Source: Azolla caroliniana
Lineage: Eukaryota; Plantae; Polypodiophyta
Assembly (NCBI GenBank): GCA_043228905.1
Contig: JBHGNT010000138.1
Span: 4,660-68,659 of the forward strand
Direction: 5' to 3'
Length of the DNA: 64,000 nucleotides
Below, one piece after another: positions 48,701 to 62,634 of the stretch (within the stretch, counting starts at the first letter, position 1; every line of letters begins with the position of its first letter). The translations under genes and the position numbers were made by a program. Below the pieces are notes generated by a model. That model was not told the origin of the DNA, made no database searches, and saw only the letters and a list, made by a program, of their open reading frames with translations.

Positions 48701-51325
48701 CTCGGATAAGAACGAGTTGAATCGACCCGAGTCTGACTCCGAGGGAAGTGATGATGGGTCTTCGAGAGTGAAGTCCGCATCGACTAAAATAGCCTCAACA
48801 TCGGCTAATGAGCAATTGCGCCGATCTACCCGCCAGAAGAACCCTGTTGTGCGGTTCGGATACAATGAGTACATGGCATATCACTATGCATACATGACTC
48901 GTGCAGCGGAAGTGCGTGAGCCAGAGAGCTACGCAGAAGTGGCGAAGGATGCAAATTGGCGCGCCGCAATGGAGGAAGAGATGCGCACATTAGCGGAGAA
49001 TGAAAGCTGGGACCTGGTTGACGCACTAAAAGGTGTGAAGCCGATCGGATGCAAGTGGGTGTACAAGGTCAAGTACAACACCGATGGCTTAGTCAACCGA
49101 TACAAGGCCCGATTAGTAGCGAAAGGCTATGCGCAGAAACACAACATCAACTACGATGAGACGTTTGTGCCGGTCGCGAAGATGACGACCGTCCGTGTTT
49201 TGCTCGCGGTAGCTGCGGCAAAGGGGTGACACTTACATCAGATGGATGTAAAGAATGCGTTCTTGCAAGGTGAGCTTGAGGAACAGCTGTACATGGTACA
49301 ACCCCCTAGATTTCACTCCGGAACGAACACTTCAGCGGTGTGCCGATTGAAGAAGTCCCTTTACGGACTAAAGCAAGCCCCGTGTGCCTGCAACGCGAAG
49401 ATCACGCAACGATTGCATCGGTTGGGCTTTGCGACGTCAAAATCGGACTCCTCACTATTCATCCGGAAAGGTCGACTCGGGCTGGTTAGCATTTTACTTT
49501 ATGTTGATGACTTGGTCATCACCGGCACCGACCTAGGTGAGATTGACCGCGTGAAGCTCTAGCTTGCGGCATCATTCGACATGAAGGATCTGGGGGACCT
49601 TCATTACTTCCTTGGGATCGAAGTGATCCGCACCCCCGAAGGCATACTGATCAGCCAACGACATTACGTGTTGAGTATGCTCTTCAAATTCGGGATGGCC
49701 GACTGTAAGTCCATCTCGACTCCTCTGGATAGAACCATCAAGCTTTGACCTAATTCCGGAAAGGTATGCGACCCGACGAGGGTCCGACAGATAGTCAGAA
49801 GCCTTATATACTTGACCATCATCCGACCAGATCTCAGCTACCCGGTCAGGGTGATTAGTCAGTTCATGGCGCGACCGACCGAGGAGCACCTTTAGTGCGC
49901 ACAACGCTTATCCGATACGTCAATGGCACTAAGGACTGGGGGCTACTATATCGGACCGATACTACCACACAGTTGGTCGGTTACACCGATGTTGATTGGG
50001 CCGGAAACGCCGCCGATCGCCGATCCACGTCTGGTTTCGCGTTCTCTCTTGGGAGTGCTGCGATCGAGTGGAGTAGCAAGGAGTAGCCGACAGTTGCGCT
50101 GTCGAGCACCGAAGTCGAGTATAGAGGAGCGGCTGTCGCGACATGCGAAGCCATATGGTTGAAGCGGCTACTTAAGGATCTGCAGGTGGAGGTATTCGAT
50201 CCAATGACAATCTACTACGACAACCTCAGCAGCATCCAGCTAGCTAAGAACCCCGTCTTCCATGCCCGGACTAAGCACATTGAGGTGCACTACCATTTTG
50301 TCTGTGAGCATGTCCTCTCCAGTGAAGTCGAACTTCAGTATGTTCCTACGGATCGGCAGAACGCCGACATCTTCACCAAGCCTCTTGGTCTAGACAAGTT
50401 GCGGCAATTCTCGGGTGCGCTTGGGTTGCGTCACCTGGACGTGCCGAACTTGAGTGGGACAGATGTCCATGATGACCACGGAAGGGAGTAGGAAAGGAGC
50501 GGAGAAGACTGTGATGACGAGTTGGATGACGAATTCGATTTCGGATCGGCTGAAGAAGTCGAGGGCGGATCCGCGGAAGAGTCAAAAAGCGGACATAAGG
50601 GGAGCAGTCAAAAGAAAGAGCCGAAGACAACCAAGACCGAAAACGAGTTGGAGACAGCCAACTCGGACGAGAGCGAAAACCGATCAGAGGAAGTCGAGTC
50701 GGTTCAGATGTTTGATTCGGATACATTGAATCAACCAAGGGCCAAGCGGAAGAGAAGGCAGCAGAAGAGTCGCCAACACCGCAAATGCAAAAAAAGCTGA
50801 GAAGGGCCGTGTAAGCAAACAGGCCGACCGGAAGGGTCGAGGCGCGTAGAATCGAACGGGTCGAGGAGCATGAGCAAGGCGTGAAGTCAGAAGGAACCGG
50901 AGCGTAGATCTGGCGGAGTAGGTGGAACCTCAAATTGAGCTTGAGGGGGAGTGTTGAGAGACAAGCTCAACATTCGTGCGTAATACGATGCGTAACCCAG
51001 TGCGTAGACTGGGTGCGTAAATCGGTACGCATAACATGGCCGTATCGGTGTGAAAACTGCGAGGCCGTTGGGAAGATATTCCTCGTAAGGAATAATTTTG
51101 GGAGTTAATGTAGTAGGCTCATTTATGAGCAGTCAAGTACTGTCAATACTTGTGTCAGCCCTATTGTCAAGGCTTGTATAAAAGGTGCTCACTAAGCACG
51201 GTGTATGTACAGATTGTGTGTTCTCTCTCTGTCTCACCCGCGTATTGTGTATATTCAAGCTCTCCATTAAACCTGCGTATTTTCTGTGTTCGGTTTTCTA
51301 TTTCTTCTGCACATAATCGTTTTCA
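45747..51325 (+). mobile_element. Full-length Ty1/Copia element (5.58 kb), coding region decayed
   Basis: LTRs 45747-46122 and 50952-51325; PBS TGGTATTAGAGC 46123-46134; PPT TTGAGGGGGAG 50941-50951; TSD AAATC; gag 46208, PR 47121, IN, RT 48900-49900, RH 50159-50450. Internal region is closely similar to 28964-34521. Confidence 0.95.
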
Positions 51326-52199
51326 AAATCAAACCCCTCAATGAACCCTCCTCTCCTCTTTTTATAGAGAAAAGGTAACACCAACCACATTTAATGCTAG
51401 GTTACCTCCTTTACATAAAATATGTAAAAGGGTAGCCCCTTTACCTACCCACCAAAACTGAAACTTGATGTAGAAGTTAGATTTACGGGGCAATGGTGGG
51501 GAGGGTGAAGAAAGGAGGATTTGAAGGACAATGTTGCGATATCAACCTCAACTATGTTTTCAACACATTTGATTGAGAGTTAACTATTTACCTAACTAAT
51601 AGTTCAAAGTTCTTGTAACTATTTAATAGTTGGTGTTTTTGTAAGTCACTTCATAAGTGCTTAATGCATGAGATTTTGTACTTCATATCATAGTACATTT
51701 TTTGTAGACAACACACTAACTCACTCATTCACTAAACCCTAAACCCTTTTCCATCATTACATGTGTACTCACACATGGTCGTATATAAACTCATCATGGA
51801 GTTCTTTGGTAATTGATGATGTTTGATACATATTTTCCCTCTTCTACATAAATTCCTGAGTATTAATCATCTCTCGCACTTGATCCATCTTCTCCACATG
51901 CATATTAACACATATTTCTTTCTCTCCTTCATCAGATTTGAATAATAATCACTCAAATAATTGGTACTAGTTACACATATAATAAGTACCTACCTATTAC
52001 ATAATCACATGGTAACCATTTACATAGCATCAAGGATTGGGGATTAGTATATCCACTAAGTGCAACTGACCATTTGTGTTAAGTATGTCTGAGCCATCGA
52101 CGACAAAACAATTAACATATTATTGCTATGTAGCATGTGATCGAAGGAAAATTGAAGAGACAAAAAGAACAAGATTGCAACATAAAAACAAATGAAAAG

Positions 52200-52700
52200 T
52201 GCATGATCGAAACAAATGGGAATCTAAATTGAAATGATTTTGCATCTTGGGAGTGCACGATGCACCAATCCGTTGTGAGAAAAGGTTATTGTGGTTGCAT
52301 TAAAGAAGTAAAAAAAATGATGCTCGACCTTACCCATACCAACTACCAACATTGAATCAAATGAGCATGTGTACATGCTCACATGCTCATCTACATCTTG
52401 TAAGAAGTGTGGGAAAACTTCAAGAACATTTTCATTGCAAACATGATTGTTGGAAGGTTATATATTTCGCAACATGTCAACAATATTTGACAAAAAGATA
52501 TGTTTGTTTTGGACTACACAGTGAAGATGAAAGATTTGTGTGACCCACTAACCTCTAACTTTACAATCCATTATGATGAAATTGTGAAAATATGTCTGGA
52601 GTACTTGCACAAAGACTCAATGCATTCCGGTGTCGTGTTGCGAATGGCACATGATGGGAAACCACCTCTAAAGCGAGTAAATTTTCTATTTAAAATAAAC
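52200..52700 (+). pseudogene. Highly degenerate Copia gag remnant
   Basis: DYTVKMKDLCDPLTS...DEIVKICL resembles DYTSKIKDICDSLAS...EMVQICL of neighbouring gags. Confidence 0.5.
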
Positions 52701-53290
52701 ATAAAGAGTGAGTTTCAAACTCAACATGCCTCCTCTTTAACGAAATGTAACTATCACTAAGATAACTATTTCATATGCTAAATAAATATATAATTATGTA
52801 GTTAATATACTTATTTGATGTCATTTAAAGCATGAACACTAAGTGGCGATATGCCCTCACCCCGTTATGCATGTTAGACCTTATATATAGGTGTTCTCAT
52901 CTTATATAAAGGGGGAAGGAGAAAGAAGGGAAGAGGGGAAAACAAAATAATATTGATGTCTCAAGGAGAATAAAAGAGCAATGTGGCTCAAAAATTCTTG
53001 AAAGGAGGGTTAAAATCTAAGACATAAGTTCATATAAATTAATACAATCAAATCTTTCCATTTGAGTATATGTTTATCGAAGTCATTTAAAATTATAAGT
53101 TATTAGTTTAACATATATAAATAACAAACTTTTATTAAAGGTATGTTTTGGTCTATTGGTCGAAATGATTTAATTTGTCATGAAGTTCATGTGTTTGAAA
53201 CCTAATTTTGCAAAAAGAATCCTTGCATAGTATATTTTTGCCTCCTCCAAACACCACTTTTGGGTAAGGTCAGGTGCTTGTCCACGCACT

Positions 53291-56150
53291 TGTGATGCAC
53301 ACTTCCAGACACCGAGCAGAAAACACAACAAGAGAGACATTAGAGATTACAACAAGAGAGAAATTTCTAACTTTCTCTACAATTGTATACATACAAGTCT
53401 TTTGGCATTAGGCCGAGTTAGCAGAGTTATAGTCGGAAACTAGCTTGATTCGGCTAGTCATCTGGATCGTCTGTTATCCAGGTCGGCTAGACTAGGTTAG
53501 TTGGATCGATTGATTCGGATAAACTTGCATTCGAGTCGGCTCATGTCCGATTCCAACTCTCGGCCTCTAGTCAATTGTCCGCTTCCTGCTCACGATAGCT
53601 TCCATGCTCACTGCTGGATCCTCGATTTGTCTTCGGCTTCGCTCGCCAGACAATCATTTCCTTTCTTGTCGACATCCTCGCACTCGGCTACGTCCTTAGC
53701 CTTTTGGCTTTCCGATTCTTTGGACTTTGCTTTTTCGGTTCGTCCGATCGGGCCGGTCATTGACTTACCTATTGTGATTGTTTGTTTGGTTCTCTTCTGC
53801 TCGGTCGCTTGTTGTAGTTCCATCGTTGTCCTCAATGCTCCGAGGCGTTGATTTGGGAGTGGCCTCATTAGGCAATCAACGATGTTAACCTAGGTGTTGA
53901 TCTTCCGGATTTAGAGCTTCTTCTCTGTTACGAGCACTCGGGTATGATAAAACCACACCTCAATATGTTTCGTCTTCACATGGTAGATGGGATTGCTAAT
54001 GAGGTGTATTGCGCTCTTGAGTCACAATAGATGGTCGACACTGGATGATCGATTTGGCTTGTGGCTGAAAAATCGGCCGATAGTTGGTGCATCCAGATTG
54101 CTTCCTTTGTTGCTTCCAACGCGGCAATGTACTCGGCCTCTATGGTCGATAGGGCCATGCAGTCTTGCAATTTCGATCTCCCTGATGTCGACTTCTGATT
54201 GTCTGGATTACCTGGTGTAGCCTTTGACTTGTGTCAGATTTGCTGATCGAAAAGTGAATTGTACATCTTCGGTTTCCCTCAAATACCTGACGATGTGCTT
54301 GATGGCCTCCCAATCCTTCCGTCCTATGTTCGACATGTACCAGCTGACAACCCCAATGGCATATGCAAGATCACATCGGGTCTCCATTGTTGCATACATG
54401 ATACTTCCTACGGTTGATGCATAGGGTATCTTTCCATTGAGTTGTTTTCCTTGTCAGTCAAAGGAGAGTTCATGTCTGTTAGTCATGTTGACATTGGGAG
54501 CGGAGTCGGTGCCAGCTTAGTATTCTCCATGTTGAACCTTCAAAGAACCTTTGGGATATAGTCAGATTGGGAGACCTAGAGAGTCTTCATCATCCGAATT
54601 TGCTCGATCCTCATGCCAAAGATATGTCAGGCTTGTCCGAGTTCCTTCATCGTGAATTTTTTATAAAGGGTCCGCTTTAGTCTTCCGATTTCTTCTTGAT
54701 TGCTCTTTGCAATCAACATATCGTTGCCGTATAGGATCAGGTAGATCCTGGACTCGTCGGCCAATTCCCAAATGTACATGCATGGGTCAGAGTTCAACCG
54801 GTTGTACCCGAGCTGCCAGATGTAAGTATCAAACTTTTGATACCAAATTCTTGGTACTTTCTTGAGGTCATATAGGCTCTTCTTCAGCTTGCCAACAAGT
54901 TCACCTTGCTCCCCTATCGCCGTGAAGCTTGTCGGTTGAGACATATAGATGGCTTCATCTAGATATCCGTGAAGGAAGATCGTCTTTACGTTGAGTTGCT
55001 CCAGTTCTAGGTCTTCTATCACCACAACCCCTAAAAGGAGCTGGGGGTGGTCATTTTGACTACAGGCGAAAAGATCTCGTTGTAGTGAACCCCATGTTCC
55101 TGTTTGAAACCTTTGGCGATGAGCCGAGCTTTGTACTTGGGTTGTTCCGAACTGGATATGTAATTGTATCTGTAGAACCATTTGCACGGTAGTGGCTTCT
55201 GATTAGTTGGTAATTCAACCAACTCCAATGTCCTGTAGCCATGTCTTGGCATCACGTGTAGGTACAACTTCCTCATATTCTCCTACATCTGTGTAGTTGA
55301 CGTAGTCGATGCCCGGTTGGTAAAACTATGTTGGCCTTCTAACTTGTCTGGATCACTTGGGTGCCAAGTTCTTTGGTTCAGATCCTTCCATCATCTCTAT
55401 CGGCTGATTGATATTTCTTGAACTATCTCCAAGAGTCTTATGGGATGATACACCCCTTAAATAGGATTTCGGTGATGTTAAATCATTCTCCCCTTTTTTG
55501 GGATTGATTAACGAAGGAGTAGAAGCCATGGCCAGCTCAGCTCAACCTTTCAGCATCTTATCTTATTTTCCTTCTTTGGCCCTTTCGATATACTTTGCCG
55601 GTTCGACATTTGTCAATCTTTCAGTTGAATCAAAGTCGATTTCGACTAGGAATATCTTGCCGTTTCAGATTCAATAGAGGGGTTGTTGGCTCAATCGATT
55701 TTGATTGTTTGTTGAATCTCTGGTTTGGCCCAATGATTCGGTTCTTCTATGGTATCTCTGTCTATGTCGAAGGAGACCTTTTTTCCAACCATTTTTGGTT
55801 GGTTCCATTAAGAAAGAATTGAGTCTTCATTAAAGACTATATAACTACTCCAGATCAATTTTTGGTTCTCTGGGTCCTATAGTCAATAGCCGAAGTTCCC
55901 ATCGGTTCCATAACCGAAAAATATACACTTAAGTGCATGGGGTGCCAACTTGGTCCTTTTGTCCCTAGGGGTGAAGGTGTAGGCATCGCATCCTAAAGTA
56001 CGAAGCCTGTCGTAGGTCGCATGTTTACCTGACCATAGTCCCTATGGCACTTTGAGCCGTATTTCTCTCAACAACAACAGATTTATCAAATATACTATCG
56101 TTTGCAACGCTTCGGCCAAAATTCCAGCTTTAGTCCGGTTTGTTGGGGCA
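53291..56150 (-). mobile_element. 3' half of a decayed Ty1/Copia element (integrase C-terminus, RT, RNase H, probable 3' LTR ~53291-53575)
   Basis: [66 protein letters not shown] limits approximate. Confidence 0.8.
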
Positions 56151-56204
56151 TTGTTGTCACCCTCTCCCGGATCATTTGGTTGATCGAATCCGCCATGACA
56201 TTCT

Positions 56205-59200
56205 GCACAGTTGGAGTCTACGGGCTTCCATGGTTTTTTCTTGATGAGGGTTTCCACGTTAACATCTGGTGTCATCGGATTATGTGTAAGTGCATCGATC
56301 TTCATTTTTGGTTTGTTTCTTCCATTGTGTTTAAGACTTGGTTGCGGCTGAGCACTATTCTTCTCAAATTGGTATTAGAGCATGGAAGATCCATTCGGCA
56401 ACATGTTCAAGCTCACCGGCTCCACCTACCTAGTGTGGAAGTCAAAGATGAGGGACATGTTGGTGGTCAAAGCTCTTTGGCTTCCGGTATAGTTCGGAGA
56501 CAAAATACCAAATAAAATCGATGCCGCAAACTAGGAGGCGATGCACATGAGAACAACGACATACATTCGATGCTTCATAGACATGAGCCTGTACAACAAC
56601 TTTAACGAAGAAAGTAAGGCTCATGTGCTCTGGAAGAAAATCGATACCATGCTGGAAAGAAATAATGCAGTGAATCACAACTCAGTATTCCGGAAGTTAG
56701 TGAGACTTTGATACCAAGACAGGTCCAGTATGCAAGAGCACATGAATGTCTTTCAGGGGTTGATAATTCAAACAACCTTGTTGGAAGTACCTCTAGCCGA
56801 CGAGGTACTCGCGTTGTTGCTGCTCGGTTCCCTCCCAGATAGTTGGGTGATGCTAGTTGTCACTTTGGGCAACTCCGAGCCGAAAGGAAAACACCTATCC
56901 CTAGCAAGGGTAAAATCAAGCTTGTTGGATGAAGAAGCTCACCAGAAGGACCAGGAGTCCGGAACTGATCTGAAGGCTTTGGTTACGGAAGACGATCATA
57001 ATTGGGGAAGAGGCCGGAATCAGAGTCCCTAGAACATGGAAAAGTAGAGGATGAGGTCGAAGTCAAGGAGGAGACCCACCTGCTTCTATTGTGGGAAGCC
57101 GGGGCACTTCCAGAAGAATTGTCGGCACTTACGGAAGGAGAAAGGAACCGACAATACCAACTCGAAGAAGGGTTCGGACCGAAGGAGGTTGGATCAGAAA
57201 GGAACAATGGAAATCACGAGAAGTGAAGAAGAACTATTGCTTATCATTGAGGAGAGAGAGCTACACCTTATTAGCGAAGAAACGACGGGTGGTCGACTCC
57301 GAAGCGCTGTTTCATCTGACCCACGACCGGAAATGCTTCTCATCATACAGAGCCGGAGATCACGGTTGTGTCCGGATGGGGAATGATGGTGCATGCCAGA
57401 TTGTTGGCATAGGAGATGTGTGGTTGACTATGTCAACCGGGTGCAGATTGCTATTGAAGGATATCTGACACGTTCCGGAGGTTCGGTTGAACCTGATATA
57501 ATCCGTCACCTGGATAATGAAGGCTACACAGGTAGCATCCGGAACGGAGTCATGAAGTTTAGCAAAGGAATCCTAATCGTGTCTCGAGCCCGGAAGATCA
57601 ACACATTGTACTTGATGCATGCCCAGATTTGCCAGGAAGAAGTGAACGTGGCATCTGACAATGACGGTGAGTTGTGCCACAAGAGGTTGTGCGACATGAG
57701 CCAGAAAGGGATGCATAAACTTGCCAAGGAAGGTCAAAGAGTACTGATGGTCAAAGAGAATCCGGCTCAAATTCCTTGTGCCAAAGACACCGGAGCTCAA
57801 TGGATTGGTTGAAAGGATGAACCCGACTGTGATGGAGAGAGTCCGGAGCATGCTAGCACATGCTAAGTTGTCCAAGATGGGCTGAGGCACTCATGGCGGT
57901 GCCTTACATGATAAATAGATCACCCTCAACACCCTTAGATGGAGACACACCACAGAGACTATGGACCAATAAAGTCATGTCTTACCAGCATCTAAAGGTG
58001 TTCAGTTGTCTCGCTTACGTGCATGTTGGATCCAAGAGAGAAAAGTTGGATCCAAAGTCAAGGCCATGCATATTCCCTGGATACGGCGATGATGAGTTCG
58101 GCTACCGAGTGTGGGACTTGGTCGACAAGAAATTCTTCCAGAATCCAGACATAGTCTTCGTGGAAGCCAAGACTATTGCAGACTAGGACTCAGAGAAGAA
58201 GATAGCAAACTCCAGATCGACCGACAGAGATCGGTTGGAAGATGGAAGGACACATCTGATCAAAATTCGGATGTCAGCCGAAGACTAGGATAAACCAACC
58301 GGATTCGGACAAAGAACCAGAACCGACCGAAGAAGAATCGGACACTAGAACCAGACAAGACCCCGAATCGGATTTGGATGTAGAACAAACGGAGGAATCG
58401 GTGGTCGAGAATGAAGGAAGGAGATTTCCTCACAGGAAGAGAAGAGCCCATCGGAGATTTCCAGATGCAGAGCATGTGCTGCTGACCAACGAGGGGGAGC
58501 CGGAAAGCTTCGAAGAAGCAAAGAGAGACACCCACGGCAGGAAGTGGTTAAGTGTCATGCAGGATGAGATGGATTCCCTACATGAGAACCACACATATGA
58601 CCTAACGGAGCTGCCGAAAGCAAAGAGGGTGCTTCAGAACAAGTGGTTGTACAAGCTGCAACCAGGAGACACCGGAAATCCACCAAGGTACAAAGCCCGC
58701 ATTCTGTTAAAGGGTTTCCAGTAGAAGAAAGGAGTGGATTTCGACGAGATCTTTGCCCCGGTAGTAAAGATGAAATCCATCGAAACTCTGTTGAGCATAG
58801 TGGCAAGCATGGACCTCGAGGTCGAACAACTAGATGTGAAAACGACGTTCCTTCATGGAGACCTTGCGGAGGAGATCTACATGCAGCAACCGGAAGGATT
58901 CGTCAAGAAAGGATAGGAGCACTTGGTGCGCCGGTTGAAGCTTTTATACAGACTGAAGCAAGTTCCCCGGGAATGGTACCGGAAGTTCTACTCCTTCATG
59001 ATCGACCAGGGATACCACAAGATGCAAGCCGACCATTGCGTGTTTGTGAAGAAGTTCGATGGAGGAGATTTTCTAATACTCTTGTTGTACGTGGACGACA
59101 TGTTAATAGTCGGACCGGACCAAACCAAAATCGGAGTGCTAAAAAAGACCTTCAACCGGTCATTCTCAATGAAAGATTTGGGTTCGGTGAAACAGATATT

Positions 59201-60622
59201 GGGGATGCACATAGTTTGGGACTCGACGAAGAAGCTATTGTGGCTATCACAGGAGAAGTACGTGACGAAGGTGCTCCAATGATTCAACATGTCGGATGCT
59301 AAGCTGATCGGGTCAACACTTCCGGAAAATTACAAGCTATCCGGAAAATAGAGCCCGAAGACAAAGGTAAAGAAATCGGGAATGAGGAAGATTCCCTATG
59401 CCTCTACCGTTGGAAGTTTGATGTACACAATGGTGTGCACACGATCGGATATCAGATATGCAATCCGAGTGTTCAGCCGATTCATGAGAAATCCAGGAAG
59501 AGAACATTGGACCACAATCAAGTGGATACTCCGGTACTTGAAAGGCACCTCGAGTATGTGCCTCCGATTCGGCTCAAGTAAACCCCAATTTGAAGGATTC
59601 ACAAACTCAGGTATGTTGGTTGATGCGGATACCAGCTAGTCTACATCCGAATATGTCATGACTTATGCAAGGGGAGTTGTATCGTGGTAGTCGAGGCTAC
59701 AGAAGTCCGTTGCACTATCGACAATGGAAGCAAAGTACATGGCAACTGTAGAAGCTAGAAAAGAGATAATCTGGATAACGGACTTCATCGAGGAGTTAGG
59801 GATCCGACAGGAGGAATTCCGGCTCTATTGCAACATTCAAAGTGCCATTCACCTTGCGAAGAACATTGTGCACCACTCCCAGACCAAGCACATCCAAAGG
59901 AGATATCATTGGTTCTGGGAAAAGGTAGAAGATAAAGAATTTTTGTTGACGAAGATCCATACGGAGGAGAACAGGTCGGACATGTTGACCAAGGTGTTGT
60001 CAACCGACAAGTTGGATGTGTGCCGAAGACAGATCGGACTGATGAGACATCCCATACTGGAGTGAAAGGGGAGTTTTTTGGGAAATAGGTCCCTTCGGAT
60101 GGGATCTAGACAAGACAAAGGAAGGAACCGGACTGAATGGGTCTGAAAGGTACCTGGATACCGGATCGGATGAATCCGAAAGGAGTCCGGCCGGATACGG
60201 TATGAACCAACAAATAGGAACATACTAGTAAATATGTTCAGACATGACCGTTGAGGTCATATTTGTAAATAGCCCTAGATTTATATAAGTATAGATATAA
60301 CTAGGGAAACAATGTTCATATGTTGTTATCGTTGTACAGCGAGATAAGGAGAGAGAACGAGAGAAAAACAGAAAGTATTCTCTGTTGTAACCGTCGATTG
60401 GTGAAGACATAGAGCTCAAGATCATTGCCTCTAAGTCTCGTATTGTACCCTTCCTCTTATAGTGATAGTTGGAATCTGTGGGCTTCCGTGGGTTTTTCCC
60501 GATTAGGGTTTCCACGTTAACATCCGATGCTCATTTTGTGTAAGTGCATCAATCTTCATTTCTGGTTTGTTTCTTCCATTGAGTGTTTAAGACTTGGTTG
60601 CAGCCAAGCACTATTCCTCTCA
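56205..60622 (+). mobile_element. Ty1/Copia (Tork/Tnt1-like) element, 5' LTR truncated, integrase partly deleted
   Basis: 5' LTR remnant 56205-56366 matches 60465-60622; PBS TGGTATTAGAGC 56370-56381; gag ATG 56382; CFYCGKPGHFQKNC; RT LLYVDDMLI; RH SDMLTKVL; PPT GAAAGGGGAG 60064-60073; 3' LTR ~60075-60622. Confidence 0.9.
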
Positions 60623-61691
60623 CCGACCTTGTTCGGCATGGAACCTCCCCCTTCTTCAGAAGGTCCCTTAATGGCTTCTGTCTTGTTGTTGACGGTTTGA
60701 GTTCCCTTCGTGTGATGGGTCGAATCGCCATCTTCTACCACCTCGACCTCATCCTCGGCCACCATCCAAATCCGAGAAGAACGTTTTTCCTTCCGATTTC
60801 TTGGTCTTGGTTTGTATGTGGTTCACTTCGACCAATAACATTGATTGGAGGTCAAAGAACGAAGGAGGGTTTTCTCTTGCTAAGATAGTCATCCTTATCG
60901 GGTTAAATCGTTGTGTGAGGCCACCCAAGCATACTTGAACCATCTCGTCTTCATCGACATTTATGTTGATGGAGCCAAGCGAGTCACAAATGCTCTTGAT
61001 CTTGGTGGTGTAGCTCGACACGAGCATATATTTTTGCCGAATGTTGTTCAGCGCTTGCAGCCAGTCATGTTGGCGACGAAAATTTTCTTTAATTTCACCC
61101 ACGCTTCTCTACGCGTCTTGGCATCTCGAATGTGGTTAAGCATATGGTCGTGGACACATGTTGCCAAGAAATACATTACCCGAATCACTCCTTGCTCCCA
61201 CGTTGGGTAGTTGGTGTTTGTGATATCGGGTTTGGTTCCGAGTGCGTCGTTGATGTAGCTTCAATACCCTTGGCCGAGTAGGTATTGGTTCATCTTGTAC
61301 TCCCAAGATGAATAATTGCTTCGGTCTAGCTTTTCACTAGGGAGCGAGCTACCCATTTGTGTCTTCATGTTGATGTAGCATCTTCCATCCTGGCTCTTCT
61401 TCCTTTGGTCATGTGCACATGCTACGTAGCAGCACTATAGTAGCAGATAGCCGGATTTGTTGTCGGCATCTTGAACACACAATCATGGAGTCGGGTGGGA
61501 GTCTGGTGGGTTTAGTAAATGTACTAAACCACACACTCTGATCCCATGTTAATAATTAGGTAATTAACTAGGGTTAATTAGGGTCTAACTATGTGAGTAT
61601 TGATAAAACAGCAGAAGATTATGTGATTTATGTGTGTATGTGTGTGAGAGGAAGAGAGAGAGGAAGATGTAGATCGACTATGCGCGGAAAC

Positions 61692-61722
<31 letters not shown>

Positions 61723-61822
61723 GATCTGTCGTATGTGTTCAACTAAAAACACAAAAGGGAGGCAAGAAGATACAACAGAAGACAGACACGGTTTAAGCTT
61801 TAATGGAAGCTTTGTTATTACG

Positions 61823-61875
<53 letters not shown>

Positions 61876-61880
61876 AAATT
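60623..61880 (-). mobile_element. 5' fragment of a Copia element (partial LTR, PBS, gag), same family as 18708-38394
   Basis: LTR end TGTTAATAATTAGG at 61547 as at 37957; degenerate PBS TGGGATCAGAG 61546-61536; gag DEMVQVCLGGLTQRF..RENPPSFFDLQSML. Confidence 0.82.
61695..61874. repeat. (TG)n and (CT)n microsatellites
   Basis: (TG)n at ~61695-61722 and (CT)n at ~61829-61874; further (CT)n tracts lie inside LTRs at ~40562-40597 and ~45128-45160. Confidence 0.9.
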
Positions 61881-61924
61881 CAATGTACAAGATGATCAAG
61901 AAGTATCTCTATACAATGTTAGGT

Positions 61925-62115
61925 TACTGTTTGCCTGACCATAGTGCTTGTGGCACTTCGAGCCTGATTGCTTTCGACTGCGACAAATTTATCAAGTAGA
62001 CTGTCGTCTGCAATGCCTCGTCCCAAAATTCCAGCTTTTGTTTGACTTGCTGAAGCACTGCGGACACCCTCTCCTGGATCGTTCGGTTTATCCATTTTGC
62101 CACTCCATTCTACAT
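61925..62115 (-). mobile_element. Copia integrase core fragment
   Basis: Minus strand reads QNG..ERSRRGCPQC..AGILGRGIADD with frameshifts, matching the QNGVAER...FWAEALQTTVYLIN region; similar to 56030-56130. Confidence 0.55.
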
Positions 62116-62634
62116 GGGTGTGTAAGGAACGGTCTTTTGATGCCGGATCCCTCTATCGGACAAGTACTGCTCTGGAGGTATATTTTCCTCTGTTGTTGGA
62201 TCAGAGTGCCTTCACTCTGTATCCAGACTAGTGTCGTGAAAATCCGCCAGTAAGTGTGGATCGTGAGGTGGAACCGCCGGGGTTCTGAACCGGAAGGATT
62301 TAGGGCTTAACGCTTAATGCACTTTAAGCTTAAAGACGAGAGATTTCCCTTTAATAAGAGTAAATTGATAGTATAAGAGATCGAATAATAGTTAATTACA
62401 TTTATGCATAAGTAAATCTTCGAGTAGGAGATTATGCAAGATTGAATAATACTTATTTATTCTTATGAGTGAGAAGGCTTAGAGTAAGCAAGCATGAATA
62501 ACACTTAATTTTACTCATACATAAGAAAAGTTTAAAGAAAGAGATCATGAGAGAGGAAACATGGAAAGATTTTTATTACTAAATCATCACTATAATGGAC
62601 CTATTTTGTTACATGATTTCTTGCGACAGCAACC

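Noticed and set aside
45274-51600. Possible older LTR (45274-45746 + 51331-~51565) hosting the 45747 Copia
   Set aside because: AT-rich LTR-like composition, but no confident termini, PBS/PPT or TSD found.
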